A stretch of DNA of 63,929 nt, counting the filler, from an uncultured bacterium (GTDB taxonomy: Bacteria > DAOPZR01): NCBI GenBank assembly GCA_964637655.1. It is 5 parts of 5 records of this genome, joined end to end, with 100 filler letters (N's around TTAATTAATTAA, not from the genome) between each part and the next. Parts side by side here need not be neighbours in the genome. Positions count along the whole stretch, not along the records: positions 41,596 to 55,304 come from CAZWUZ010000076.1; positions 55,405 to 63,929 come from CAZWUZ010000173.1; 3 more parts are not named here. The stretch is one strand, 5' to 3'. Under the pieces are notes generated by a model. The model made no database searches, was not told the DNA's origin, and worked only from the letters and a program-made list of their open reading frames with translations. Both the position numbers and the translations under genes were made by a program. Positions 53,601 through 61,492 of the stretch are shown one piece after another. Position 1 is the stretch's first letter. The number at the start of each line of letters is the position of its first letter.

Positions 53601-54303
53601 CATCTCGCAGACGATGACCACGGCCGGCGACACACTGCTGGTGCAGAAACTGAACAGCAATGCCACTGACACGCAGCGGATTGTCGCCGGCAGCGAGGGC
53701 AGCCCGCTGCAACTGCAGGTGCCGCCGGGCATTCTCAGCGGCAACGCGACCATCAGTGTCAAACTCTTCAGCGATACCGCCACGGCGCTGCGCGGGGTGG
53801 ACCGCACCGAGTTCGAAACCGGATGCACGGTCATCGACGTCAGTTTCAGCAACCGCCAGTCGACGTTCAACGACTCGATTGTCATGCGCATCCCCTACGA
53901 CGACGCCAACAACGACGGCATTGTCGACGGTACGGGCATCCGCGTCTATCTGCTGCGCGTCCTCTATTTCAGCACCACGTTCAGCGAGTGGCGCGTGGTG
54001 CCCAAGGCGGACATGACCATCGATACCCCGAACAAAACGATCATCGTGCGCGTGTCGCATTTCAGCAAGTTTGCCACCGGCAAGGTGACGCTGGGCGGCG
54101 ATCTGGGCAGCAACACGGACGGGATCGGGGACGGTCAGGTCAACGATAATGACCTGGCGCGGTTCAACCGGGCGTTCGGGGCGCGCAGCGGCAATCCGCA
54201 CTTCAACGACGCCGCCAACATCGTCCGTACCGGGGCGAGTGCCAACCGGGTCGATGAAGAGGATGTGTTCCAAATGGGGGCGAATTACGGGACCAGTCAG
54301 TAA
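47644..54303 (+). CDS. Giant secreted/surface protein: three beta-helix + FN3 modules, PKD/Ig, HFS motif domain, dockerin-like tail
   Basis: Signal peptide MRYAILF...AAA; three (Y/W)YVND...D.(Y/F)C...G.....G....P...DT.Y.D.G repeats; VSHFSKFATGK; paralog of the 42527 gene. Confidence 0.88.
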   Translation: MRYAILFIVSAILLVAWPVAAAEYYVNDADTTADIYCSAIGNDGNSGMAADSPFATINQALTLAGPMDTIYIDAGTYADTVLVNVNGVILQGADRTLTFIDLGDSASAWAVGITLNTSGITLLDLTVQNCHTGVVLNQAMYARVERVKVWDCGTTGMQVQAGSDNAVLDGVTVQNIGGLGIEVTSCTAVVISTSNVLGTGNDAISLTAAVGCTVAGNMVSGSGSNGIGVYGGANNALSGNSVMAGSDVGIALCATATTLVENNTLTGNLQGLLAELSDNNLVRHNLISNNTMLGVADTGSFGNFYYANDLTGNDSGQFYIDGMSTCTATANNIGLGGDVRAVVMSAGGPLGFQRNYWGTADESSIAMQIGGGAAGQLQWQPYRLDAADTTPGADVVAPGIPAGLAADTPTPGSVTLSWNEVVLNEDGGACSDLAAYHLYRTGDSPTTNWRGAFHAAVGTETTYVDTMVVPGMTYRYRVTAVDNHNPYANESFFSDTIVVIAAAASDTMALAFVDATYTTPVSSYAAGDTAYLKLLAPMVDLDAGAYDSVALRVRNVSTGDSDWVVVVETGLSSGIFCGSFRLAPADSIPGNGVVAADSGQVLVADTGGAGQVTDSVFITAGAPSTAGPNVWYVNDTDVAGDVFCSVAGDSGYNGLSPTSPHSSLTYVLAHVDAGDTVYLDAGYYYGNWTLATPYVSLVGADSTATVLVGSGAFDVLYVSGCTGPVLMNLRVANAMGGYHGLTLNGCAVAYLEGISATGNGGNGIRLQNGSNNATLTGCALTGNGGPGLGLSACNNVAVSYSMFYGNQYGISATSADGLLADFNRIDSSSMNGIDLPAGSDSAAITANVIVGSGNCGISGAPYAEISGNTFAGNMKGIDAGQGANIRGNLFSGNTYGLYVMASEVVAEANEFGANSVAGIYLTGTPAGLALQRNNVAGDTVICNASGSHNLTRNWWGTVDTGVLSARIQGGMAHNVQYLPFRFQPIDTAPAADRVAPAAPDTIVAYAPDTESIRVSWAAVTQDEDSLGACGDLNSYRLWRQVQGETSWTEVTMVGAGTEFYDDYAVSTGLTYRYRVTAFDYAAPYPNESWYSSIAAAMLPVDTGGANLWYVNDASLASDVFCTAIGNDLNSGLSADLPKLTLAAVLALLSPGDTVYIDNGSHTANASIPVSGVALVGADPAMTTLSGWLAVDTQSSVYLANFCVVYGGISFYNVTTSTISNVQTTSCDIGIWVIGGSGNTITGCLGMDDTVGIRLDGSTGNLLAGNRMNLGFSSGYVLTSSSNNLLLGNSAQGNTQYGFSDSQGVGNIVTANDAYGNGVQYAQMGANSNIWRKNNLGGANGVYCDAAAAPLDFTQNWWSTTDTAAIMSLRSGSGASGIVYAPFRLSAVDTAPGADTVAPQQVTGVLLTGNETSVTVQWDYPSLDEEGNGLGDLAGYRIWRSTGGSWMLLGDAPDWATDFTDTTASHAVGGYYRVAAYDNATQKNIGWYSTPAGPSAPNRAPVAVITGDSIAGSDSLVLSAVASGDSDADALSYYWWIEWGSPGTLTSPNASMTTCTGMAAGWYAFGLSVSDSYGGSDTTYHYVDVFDATVPDTPTLSINYDEQYATSETVTLSISPAPGQEQYVCYMKIGTDPALTTGVWEPFAYLKEWGIAGGDGDRYLYVALGNLFHAQSGAAADSIILDRVAPAAVTINADTLIVADPATTPVNLTFATSDSHATVTMRYADAQYVNGWYWSEWTDSAVHWVDPYGDTQQVVELQVQDAAGNIASDSIVLTITALNYPQPASGFYGYGTDGGVAELFWNGSYSTNVAAYLLYSDSATGTMNYATPLAVLGSGARAYTVSGLVPDTMYVFGLRVVDTDSDAEQNQHVLAWVQTFGTTTNRVYAYVDYPIPGMSINGIVPVQALVDGDLSGGAEVLFQYRAANTANPWTAIGNIVDSPPYMTSWNTTGLADGDYELQAVARRQSNHADADQYPASVIITKSGANAAISQTMTTAGDTLLVQKLNSNATDTQRIVAGSEGSPLQLQVPPGILSGNATISVKLFSDTATALRGVDRTEFETGCTVIDVSFSNRQSTFNDSIVMRIPYDDANNDGIVDGTGIRVYLLRVLYFSTTFSEWRVVPKADMTIDTPNKTIIVRVSHFSKFATGKVTLGGDLGSNTDGIGDGQVNDNDLARFNRAFGARSGNPHFNDAANIVRTGASANRVDEEDVFQMGANYGTSQ

Positions 54304-54336
54304 TGGCTGGTTCCTGCCCGCGGGGCGTACGGTGCC

Positions 54337-55185
54337 ATGATGGTTGAGCGCGGGGCGATGGAGACCGGTTCCAACCTGCGGGAGAGCGTTGGCACGGCGC
54401 CCGGCAGCGAGTCGGCAGTTGTCGCGCTCGCAGCGCTGCCACCGTCGGCGGAGCGGCGGGCGGCGCTGCAGCAGGCGTTGCGCACGGGCGAAGCAGAGGT
54501 GCGGGCAGCCGCAGCGTGGGCGCTGGGCATGCAGGCGTCACCGGAGGATGTGCCGGCACTGGTGGCGCGGCTGGCTGACGAGGATGACCCGCTGGTGCGG
54601 GAGAAAATTGCCTGGGCGCTGGGGCGTACAGCCACCCCTGCGGCAGTGCCGGCGCTGCGCTTTGTTGCGGCTGATGATACCGAAGCGCCCGATACCCGCT
54701 GGATGGCGGTGTTCGCACTGCATCGCCTTGGGCGGGGAGAAGACGTTGCCGGGTTGCTGACCCGACTGCAGGCGCGGGTGGCGCAGGCGGCAGCGCTGCC
54801 CGGGCTGGCGCCGGATGTGGCGGAATGGCTGACGCTTCCAGAGCCGCCCGTTGCGCAACTTGACCAGGTGTTGACCGGGCGCGGATGGCCGCTGGCGGTG
54901 CGGCAGCGCGCGACCGCCTGCCTTGAGGAATTACTTACGCTCGCCCCTGAGGCTCAGGTCGCTGCGGCGTATGGGTTTACTGCAGAAGGAAACCTGGTAG
55001 TGCGGGTGCCGGTGCGTGTGGCAGTAGTGCCGCTGCTGCTGCAGAGCGAAACCGCCCTGCGCCCGGCCCTGGCCCGCCTCGAACCAGCCGCCCTGGCGGC
55101 CCTGCTGGTGTTGCGTCTCGCTGCCATTGTTCAGGTTACAGAAGAAAATAAACCTGAATGCATGGGGGTCATTCTAGCACATTGA
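54337..55185 (+). CDS. HEAT repeat protein
   Basis: EVRAAAAWALG, LVREKIAWALG, TRWMAVFAL; 3' end runs into a repeat. Confidence 0.75.
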   Translation: MMVERGAMETGSNLRESVGTAPGSESAVVALAALPPSAERRAALQQALRTGEAEVRAAAAWALGMQASPEDVPALVARLADEDDPLVREKIAWALGRTATPAAVPALRFVAADDTEAPDTRWMAVFALHRLGRGEDVAGLLTRLQARVAQAAALPGLAPDVAEWLTLPEPPVAQLDQVLTGRGWPLAVRQRATACLEELLTLAPEAQVAAAYGFTAEGNLVVRVPVRVAVVPLLLQSETALRPALARLEPAALAALLVLRLAAIVQVTEENKPECMGVILAH

Positions 55186-55304
55186 CACATTGGCGCCGGG
55201 TATCCACTAAGATCCACAAAGATATCCGCAGTATTATGACGTGAATGCGTGGGGGTCATTCTAGCACATTGACACATTGGCGCCGGGTATCCACTAAGAT
55301 CCAC
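55155..55304 (+). repeat. 63-bp direct repeat, period 87, at contig end
   Basis: 55155-55217 and 55242-55304 differ at one base. Confidence 0.85.
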
Positions 55305-55404
55305 NNNNNNNNNNNNNNNNNNNNNNNNNNNNNNNNNNNNNNNNNNNNTTAATTAATTAANNNNNNNNNNNNNNNNNNNNNNNNNNNNNNNNNNNNNNNN
55401 NNNN
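55305..55404. other. Artificial contig linker
   Basis: N-TTAATTAATTAA-N. Confidence 0.98.
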
Positions 55405-55858
55405 CGACGATGGCGCCGTCGCCGATGGTGACTCCCGGCAGGATGATGGCGCCGCTGGCGATCCACACGCGGCTGCCGATGGTCACCGCCAGCGTGCGCA
55501 CCCGCCCGCTTTCCTGCCAGTCGTGGGTTTCGGTGATTACCTGCACGCGGTAGCCGAGCGCGCTGTTGTCGCCGAGGCTGATGCCGCCGTAGGCGGAGAG
55601 CAGGCAGCCGCGGTTGACGAAACTGTCCGCGCCGATGGTGACGCGCTGCGGGCAGATGACGGTGACGTCGGGATAGATGACGCTTCCGCTGCCGATGGTC
55701 ATGCCCGCGCCGCGCAGCAGCGCCGTGCGCAGGCGGTTGCCCCAGCCGTAATGGCCGCTGCCGCGCGGCAGCAGCCGCACGAGGTCGGCGAGCAGTTCGC
55801 CGTCAGCGTCGTCGCGCGTCAGGCCGCGCGCGCCTGCCCAGGGGTCGGTCGTCGTCAT
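55405..55858 (-). CDS. Hexapeptide-repeat O-acyltransferase, truncated
   Basis: VTIGADSFVN, VTIGSRVWIASGAIILPGVTIGDGAIV. Confidence 0.9.
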
Positions 55859-56682
55859 CAGGTGCCTCCGTTCAGTTCGTCGGGGTGCCGCAGCCACTGC
55901 GCGCCGTGCCGCGCGAGGAAGCGCAGCGCGCGGCGGATGCGTCCTGCCTGCCGCCGTGCGGCGTACGCATGGATGAGGAGGGTCGCCGGGCCGCCGTCCG
56001 CGGGAAGCAGCCGCCAGAGTTCGCGCAGTTCGCCCGGGGTCAGTGCCTCGGGACTGAGTGCCCGCCAGCCGGTGTACGGTGTGCCGGGGGCGAAGGCGAT
56101 GGGGATGATGTGCAGCGGCGCGTCGCCGCGTGCGCGGCGGTTGTCAACCGACGGCGCGTACGGTTGCAGGGGGGCGCCGCCCCAGAAGGCGTACGCCTCG
56201 GGGAAATCGCCACCCATGTTGTCGTGCAGGCGCGTCAGCCCGAGCTTTGCCAGCACGGGGAAGAGGCGCTCGCTGCCCGCGCAGTAACCGCAGCGCACGT
56301 CGCGCGTGGGCAGGCCCATGGCACGCAAGTGTGCCTGTGCGTTCGCCAGCACCTTCCGCATATGGTCGGGATAGTAGTAGTAGTAGGCGCTGCCGTCGGG
56401 CTCCTCCTCGTGCGGGTGCAGCCCGACACTCCCGCCGCCGGCGACATGCGCCTGCCACAGTTCACGCCAGCGTCCGTCCGTGTAGCAGAGGTTGTCATGC
56501 TCGCGCCGCACGAAGGGGGAGGTATGGATGAAGGTCAGCGGGGAGGTGCCGGTCTCTTCGCGCACCAGCGCCAGCGCCTGCTGCACCTGCACGAAGAACG
56601 CGGGCTCGTCGAGCGTGCAGCGGTGCGCGTAGAGCGGGTCGTAGCCGGCAAAGTCGCAGTCGACCGTGACGAGCAGTTTCAT
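55858..56682 (-). CDS. Polysaccharide deacetylase-like (NodB-fold) protein
   Basis: LLVTVDCD, VGLHPHE, R.G, LLIH pattern; glycan gene context. Confidence 0.6.
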   Translation of the reverse strand: MKLLVTVDCDFAGYDPLYAHRCTLDEPAFFVQVQQALALVREETGTSPLTFIHTSPFVRREHDNLCYTDGRWRELWQAHVAGGGSVGLHPHEEEPDGSAYYYYYPDHMRKVLANAQAHLRAMGLPTRDVRCGYCAGSERLFPVLAKLGLTRLHDNMGGDFPEAYAFWGGAPLQPYAPSVDNRRARGDAPLHIIPIAFAPGTPYTGWRALSPEALTPGELRELWRLLPADGGPATLLIHAYAARRQAGRIRRALRFLARHGAQWLRHPDELNGGT

Positions 56683-57749
56683 ATCACCAGCACCCGTTCG
56701 GTGATTCCCTGCAGGCGCTGGCCATACGACAGGGCAAACTCGCGGGCGACATGCAGTAAGGGAAGCATGGCACGTTCACCGGTGCTGAGATGATTTCCGG
56801 CGGTGGTCACGCGCCGGGCGAGCTGCCCGGAGAAACGCCACCACCAGACAAGGAACGCGGTGTAAACAAACCCGGCAATCAGTACGGCTGCCAGGCCGCG
56901 CACAGGAGCGTGAGCGGCCGCGACGAGGAGAAAAATCCAAACGAAGCACTTGCGCTGCAACCCGACGGCTGTTTTGTCAAGCCATATGGTGAAAAACGAC
57001 GGTCGCAGCCGGGGAGGTTTGCCCGGCGCGAAACACAAGTACTGTTTCGGCCAGTGGCGCTTGAGCAGACGGACCTGTCCGCGCCCGTAGCCGTAGGCCT
57101 GACGCAGCATGCCGCCAACAGTCGCGCGGTGAAAATGGCGTACCGCGGCCGCCGGCACGAAGGCGAGTTTGTGTCCCGCCTTGATGAGGCGGTAGCAGAA
57201 GTCGTGGTCCTCCCCCGTCGGCCAGTCGGCGGCAAACCCGCCCAGCGTATTGAACACGGAGCGGCGGACGAGCAGGTTGGCGCTGTGCCCGAAGGAGACG
57301 AACGGGATGACGCGGTCGTAGACCGCCGCGTCCTCAGGGAGCGGCAGTCCGTAGGCACCGAGATATTTTTCCGTGAGCGTGGTGGCGGGTGCAGGGAGCA
57401 CGCCGCCGGCCACCGCGCCGACCGACGGGTCAGCCGCCGCGGCGAGCAACCGTTCCAGCCAGTCCGCTGCGGGGACGCAATCGTCGTCGATGAAAACGAG
57501 AAATTCGCCCTGCGCCTGCGTCGCGGCGAGATTGCGTACCGCCGCGGGAGTGGATGGTGCTGCCGTGATGAGGTGTGCGCGGTGCGCCAGTTCCGGCAGC
57601 AGGTCGAGGTCGCCGGCGCGGCCGCGCCCGCTGTCCATGACAACGGCGAGCAGTTCGGCTTCTGCGCCCGCCTGTGCGCGCAGCGCGTCGAGCAGCGTCA
57701 GCACGCGCGGGTGTGACCAGCGGACGGGGACGATGACGGAGACGCGCAT
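56679..57749 (-). CDS. GT2 glycosyltransferase
   Basis: MRVSVIVP, AVRN, FIDDDC, GGF...GEDHDF. Confidence 0.9.
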   Translation of the reverse strand: MRVSVIVPVRWSHPRVLTLLDALRAQAGAEAELLAVVMDSGRGRAGDLDLLPELAHRAHLITAAPSTPAAVRNLAATQAQGEFLVFIDDDCVPAADWLERLLAAAADPSVGAVAGGVLPAPATTLTEKYLGAYGLPLPEDAAVYDRVIPFVSFGHSANLLVRRSVFNTLGGFAADWPTGEDHDFCYRLIKAGHKLAFVPAAAVRHFHRATVGGMLRQAYGYGRGQVRLLKRHWPKQYLCFAPGKPPRLRPSFFTIWLDKTAVGLQRKCFVWIFLLVAAAHAPVRGLAAVLIAGFVYTAFLVWWWRFSGQLARRVTTAGNHLSTGERAMLPLLHVAREFALSYGQRLQGITERVLVI

Positions 57750-58525
57750 CAGTGCACCTGTGCCGCGCCGAGAATGAGATAGCCGCCGAGCACGCGCGCG
57801 AGGACCCGGTCGAGCGGACGCAGAATGCATGCGAGCGGCGAATGCCAGAGCGCGAGCAGCAACGCATCGAGCGGGCGGTAGAGGAAGGTCAGGCGCAGCG
57901 TTTTGAGCAGTCCCAGCCAGAGCATGAAGAACCCGAAGGTGTATTCGGTGGTGACGGTGGTGCCGGCCGGCCAGAGCGGGCGGAAGGTGGCGAGCGGCTC
58001 CTCGTAGCCGAAGGGCCAGCGGTCAAGCCGCTCGAGCAGCTGTTTGCCGAGCAAAAAGAGGCGGGTGCGGTACGGTGCGATTACGACGACGCTGCCTTTC
58101 GGGCACACGACGCGCACCTGCTCCGCAAGGATGCGCTGCTGGTCGGCAGCGGCAAAATGCTCGATGACCCCGCTGGAAAAGCAGCAGGCGAGCGCCCCGC
58201 CGCGCAGCGGCAGCGCGCGCACGTCGCCGCCGACCGCGCAGCCGTCGCCCCGCGCCGCGAGAAAGCGCAGGCTGGCGCGCGAAAAGTCGAGGTAGAGCGC
58301 GCGACACCCATGCGCGGCACAGGCGTGCGCCGCCAGCCGTCCGCTCCCCGCCCCCGCTTCCGCGCACCACTCCCCGCGCGGCAGGTGCGGGAGCAGTTCC
58401 TGCGCGATGAGCTCCGCGAGATAGTTCCAGCGCTCCGGTTCACCCGTCACCGGGTCATGCCACACGCGGTCCCATAACCGGTCGGCGGGGATATTTTCGC
58501 TGATGCTGACCGACACCTCACCCAT
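57749..58525 (-). CDS. Class I SAM-dependent methyltransferase
   Basis: EAGAGSG, LDFS, GDVRALPL, SSGVIEHF. Confidence 0.88.
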   Translation of the reverse strand: MGEVSVSISENIPADRLWDRVWHDPVTGEPERWNYLAELIAQELLPHLPRGEWCAEAGAGSGRLAAHACAAHGCRALYLDFSRASLRFLAARGDGCAVGGDVRALPLRGGALACCFSSGVIEHFAAADQQRILAEQVRVVCPKGSVVVIAPYRTRLFLLGKQLLERLDRWPFGYEEPLATFRPLWPAGTTVTTEYTFGFFMLWLGLLKTLRLTFLYRPLDALLLALWHSPLACILRPLDRVLARVLGGYLILGAAQVH

Positions 58526-58577
58526 AATATTTGATTCTACCCGATTTGCCGCCCGCCGGCAAGCCCGGTCGGCGGGA

Positions 58578-60080
58578 TCAGCGGCGGGCGTAAAGGGCGA
58601 GGGGCGGGGCGGCGGCGATAAAGCGGTAGCTGCCCAGGTAGCGGGCAAAGTCAGCGGGTGACAGGTCGATCTCGTCGGCGTTGTAGAGCACGAAATCGGG
58701 CTGCAGGCCGGGCGGAAAGGGACGCGCCAGCCAGATGACGTAGCGGTCGCGTTCGAACGGAGTGGGAAAATGATAGAGCGTCCGCCGGCCTGCGAGGTGC
58801 GCGCCGGTGCGGTTGTCGGTGCTGACGGAGGCATCTGCCGGAACGTGGTGCAGCAGGCGGGCAACGCGCCCGGCGTAATCGTCCGCCAGCGTGGTGACAC
58901 GGTAGCGGTCCTGCGCGGCGGGATCGGGCAGCCAGAAGCGCAGCCCGAGGGGGAGCGGACCGAAGAGCACGCTGCCGCATAGTGCGGTCGCAAGGATGGC
59001 GCGGGCGCGGGCGGGCGCTGCGGCGCAGGCGCCCGCGGCGGCGACGAAGAGGAGCGGGATGACCGGCGCGACGTGGTGCGTGGCGATGCTGGCCTGCGCG
59101 GTCATGGTCGAGAGCATCGAGTAGCCGAGTGGCACGGCGGCCGCGAAAAACAGGCGCGGCGCGCGCAGCGGCAGCAGGGCGAGCGGCAACAGCAGCAGGG
59201 CAAGATAGGTGAGGTTGTGGGTGGTCAGCAGGCGCGGCAGCCAGCGCTGCGGGGCGAGGAAAAAATTCGTGGCGATTGCCGGCAGCGACGTGCCGAGATA
59301 GTCGTAGCGGCAGAGCGGAACCAGCACGTCGGCGAAGGCCGGCATCAGCCATTTCAGCGCGATGACCGTGTAGGCGAGGCCGGTGCCGGCGAAGCACAGG
59401 GCCAGCAGCCGGCGGCCGCGTGTCTCGCCGCGCGCCAGGGCGAAAACCGCGGCGAGCGCGGCGGCGCAGAGCCCCGCCTCCTCGCGGCAGGCCAGGGCGA
59501 GAATGAACCAGGCGAGCGCGGCGGCATGACGACGCGCGACCCACGCGGCGGCAAAGGCGAGCAGGGCGGGAATGAAAAAGGCGATGGCGTGCAGGTCGAA
59601 GAGCAGCACGTAGTGCAGCGGCGGATAAAGCAGGTAGGCATAGGCAAGCAGTTCGCCCGCGGCCGGCGAGGCAAGGCGGGCGCCGAGCGCGCGGACGGCC
59701 AGCGCGCCGCCCGCCAGCGCCAGCGCCTGCAGCAGCAGCAGGGTATAGGGTGAGGGGAAAAGCGCGTAGCAGGGAACGAGCAGCAGGAATACGAAGGCAA
59801 GATGATTGCCGAGATAACTCCCGTTATAGACACTCGAACGGAACCAGTCGCCCTGCGCGGTGGCATGGATGATCTGCTCGTGCAGCCCGAGGTCGAACAT
59901 CGCGCTCAACCCCGCACGATGGCGGGCGAAGGAGAGCAGGATAAAAAACGCGGCGGCGAAGACGAGCATCAGGCGGAAACGGCGCGGGTCGGGAGCGGAA
60001 AGCGGGGCGCGGGCGAGACGCCAGCAGAACGGGAGCGCCAGCGTGGCGATGAGGAGCAGAGGCGTGACGGTGTAGGCCAT
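58578..60080 (-). CDS. DUF2079-like membrane protein
   Basis: FDLGLHEQ, YLGNHL, LLLLQAL, YLLYPPL, CREE. Confidence 0.85.
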   Translation of the reverse strand: MAYTVTPLLLIATLALPFCWRLARAPLSAPDPRRFRLMLVFAAAFFILLSFARHRAGLSAMFDLGLHEQIIHATAQGDWFRSSVYNGSYLGNHLAFVFLLLVPCYALFPSPYTLLLLQALALAGGALAVRALGARLASPAAGELLAYAYLLYPPLHYVLLFDLHAIAFFIPALLAFAAAWVARRHAAALAWFILALACREEAGLCAAALAAVFALARGETRGRRLLALCFAGTGLAYTVIALKWLMPAFADVLVPLCRYDYLGTSLPAIATNFFLAPQRWLPRLLTTHNLTYLALLLLPLALLPLRAPRLFFAAAVPLGYSMLSTMTAQASIATHHVAPVIPLLFVAAAGACAAAPARARAILATALCGSVLFGPLPLGLRFWLPDPAAQDRYRVTTLADDYAGRVARLLHHVPADASVSTDNRTGAHLAGRRTLYHFPTPFERDRYVIWLARPFPPGLQPDFVLYNADEIDLSPADFARYLGSYRFIAAAPPLALYARR

Positions 60081-60300
60081 CAGTCGATGCCCACAGCAGG
60101 ATTCGTGCAGGAGGTGTCGCAGCGGCAGAAGTGCATGGCGCAGATATACCACTCGTACGGGGGGGGCGTCAAACCTGCACGGAGGCGGGCACTGCGGCAG
60201 ATATCTGGAAAAATTGCTGTGGCAGTAATTGCAGCAGAGCAATTCCACTCAGTGCATATACTGCATTATATCATGTAAAATAGAGAATTGCATCATTTAC

Positions 60301-60360
60301 TTGACAAAAAACAAATAAACTGCTATAATCGTGAAAAGAATAGCGGTATAAAATTCACAA
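60301..60360 (+). promoter_or_regulatory. Consensus sigma70 promoter of the rex-hyd operon with Rex-like half sites
   Basis: TTGACA-N17-TATAAT (60301-60329); TCGTGAA and TTCACAA half sites downstream. Confidence 0.75.
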
Positions 60361-60371
60361 AAGAGGATGGC

Positions 60372-61010
60372 ATGCGCGCGAAGATTCCGGAACCGACATT
60401 ACGACGGCTCCCCCTCTACTGCGAGTATCTCCGTGTCCTCAGCAAACGCGGGATTACCCGCATCGCGTCCGCGAAAATCGCCCAGGACCTCGAACTCGAC
60501 CAGACGCAGGTGCGCAAGGATCTTGCCGTCACCGGCGTGCGCGGCAAGCCCAAAATCGGCCACGATACCGGCGAGCTGATCGACGCGATCGAGAAATTTC
60601 TCGGCTGGCAGCACAATACCGGCGCGGTCCTTGCCGGCTGCGGCCACCTCGGCACCGCGCTGCTCGGCTTCGCGGGGTTCCGCGACTACGGACTGACCAT
60701 CGTCGCCGCGTTCGACAGCGACCCGCGCAAGCTCGGCACGCGCGTGCACGGGCATCGCGTGCAGCCGCTGGAGAACCTGCCCGACGTGGCCGAGCGCGAG
60801 CAGGTGCACATCGGCATCATCACCGCGCCGGCGGCGGCGGCCCAGACCATCGCCGACCAGATGGTCATGGCCGGCATCCGCGCCATCTGGAACTTCTCGC
60901 CGGCGCTGCTGACGCTGCATCACGACATTGTCGTACGCAATGAAAACCTCGCCTGCGGCCTGGCCATGCTCTCCCACCGCCTGGCGGAAACTGCCAAGGA
61001 GAACGTATGA
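60372..61010 (+). CDS. rex: Redox-sensing transcriptional repressor Rex
   Basis: PTLRRLPLY, QVRKDL, GCGHLGTAL, AIWNFSP. Confidence 0.95.
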   Translation: MRAKIPEPTLRRLPLYCEYLRVLSKRGITRIASAKIAQDLELDQTQVRKDLAVTGVRGKPKIGHDTGELIDAIEKFLGWQHNTGAVLAGCGHLGTALLGFAGFRDYGLTIVAAFDSDPRKLGTRVHGHRVQPLENLPDVAEREQVHIGIITAPAAAAQTIADQMVMAGIRAIWNFSPALLTLHHDIVVRNENLACGLAMLSHRLAETAKENV

Positions 61011-61492
61011 GCCCCCTGCGTATCGAACCGATCCTCGAACGCTACCACCGCGCCGAGCGCGATTCGCTCATTCCCATCCTGCAGGAAGTGCAGGAGCAGC
61101 TCGGCTATATCCCGCGCGACGCCGTCACGCGCATCGCGCAACACCTCAACCTGCCGGCGAGCAAGGTCTACGGGGTGGCGACGTTTTACAACCAGTTCCG
61201 GTTCACCGCCCCCGGCAAATACCGCATCGCGGTCTGCCGCGGCACCGCCTGCCACGTCAAGGGTTCGCTCGCCGTGCTCGAAGCACTCGAACGCGCGCTC
61301 AACGTCAGGGCCGGGCAGACGACGCGCGACGGGCTCTTTTCCATCGAGATTGTCGCCTGCCTCGGCGCCTGCGGCCTCGCCCCGGTGCTCACCGTGAACG
61401 GCGAGTTTCATGCCGGCGTCGTGCCTGACCAGATCCCGGGCATCGTCGCGGCCTGTCGCGCGAAGGAGGAGAGCCATGCCGGCAAAAACTAA
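61007..61492 (+). CDS. NuoE/HydC(HndA)-like [2Fe-2S] subunit
   Basis: LIPILQEVQ, YGVATFYNQF, CRGTACHVKG, CLGACGLAP. Confidence 0.93.
   Translation: MSPLRIEPILERYHRAERDSLIPILQEVQEQLGYIPRDAVTRIAQHLNLPASKVYGVATFYNQFRFTAPGKYRIAVCRGTACHVKGSLAVLEALERALNVRAGQTTRDGLFSIEIVACLGACGLAPVLTVNGEFHAGVVPDQIPGIVAACRAKEESHAGKN

Noticed and set aside
55155-55304. Two-repeat CRISPR
   Set aside because: A 63-bp unit is too long, there is only one spacer, and there is no cas context
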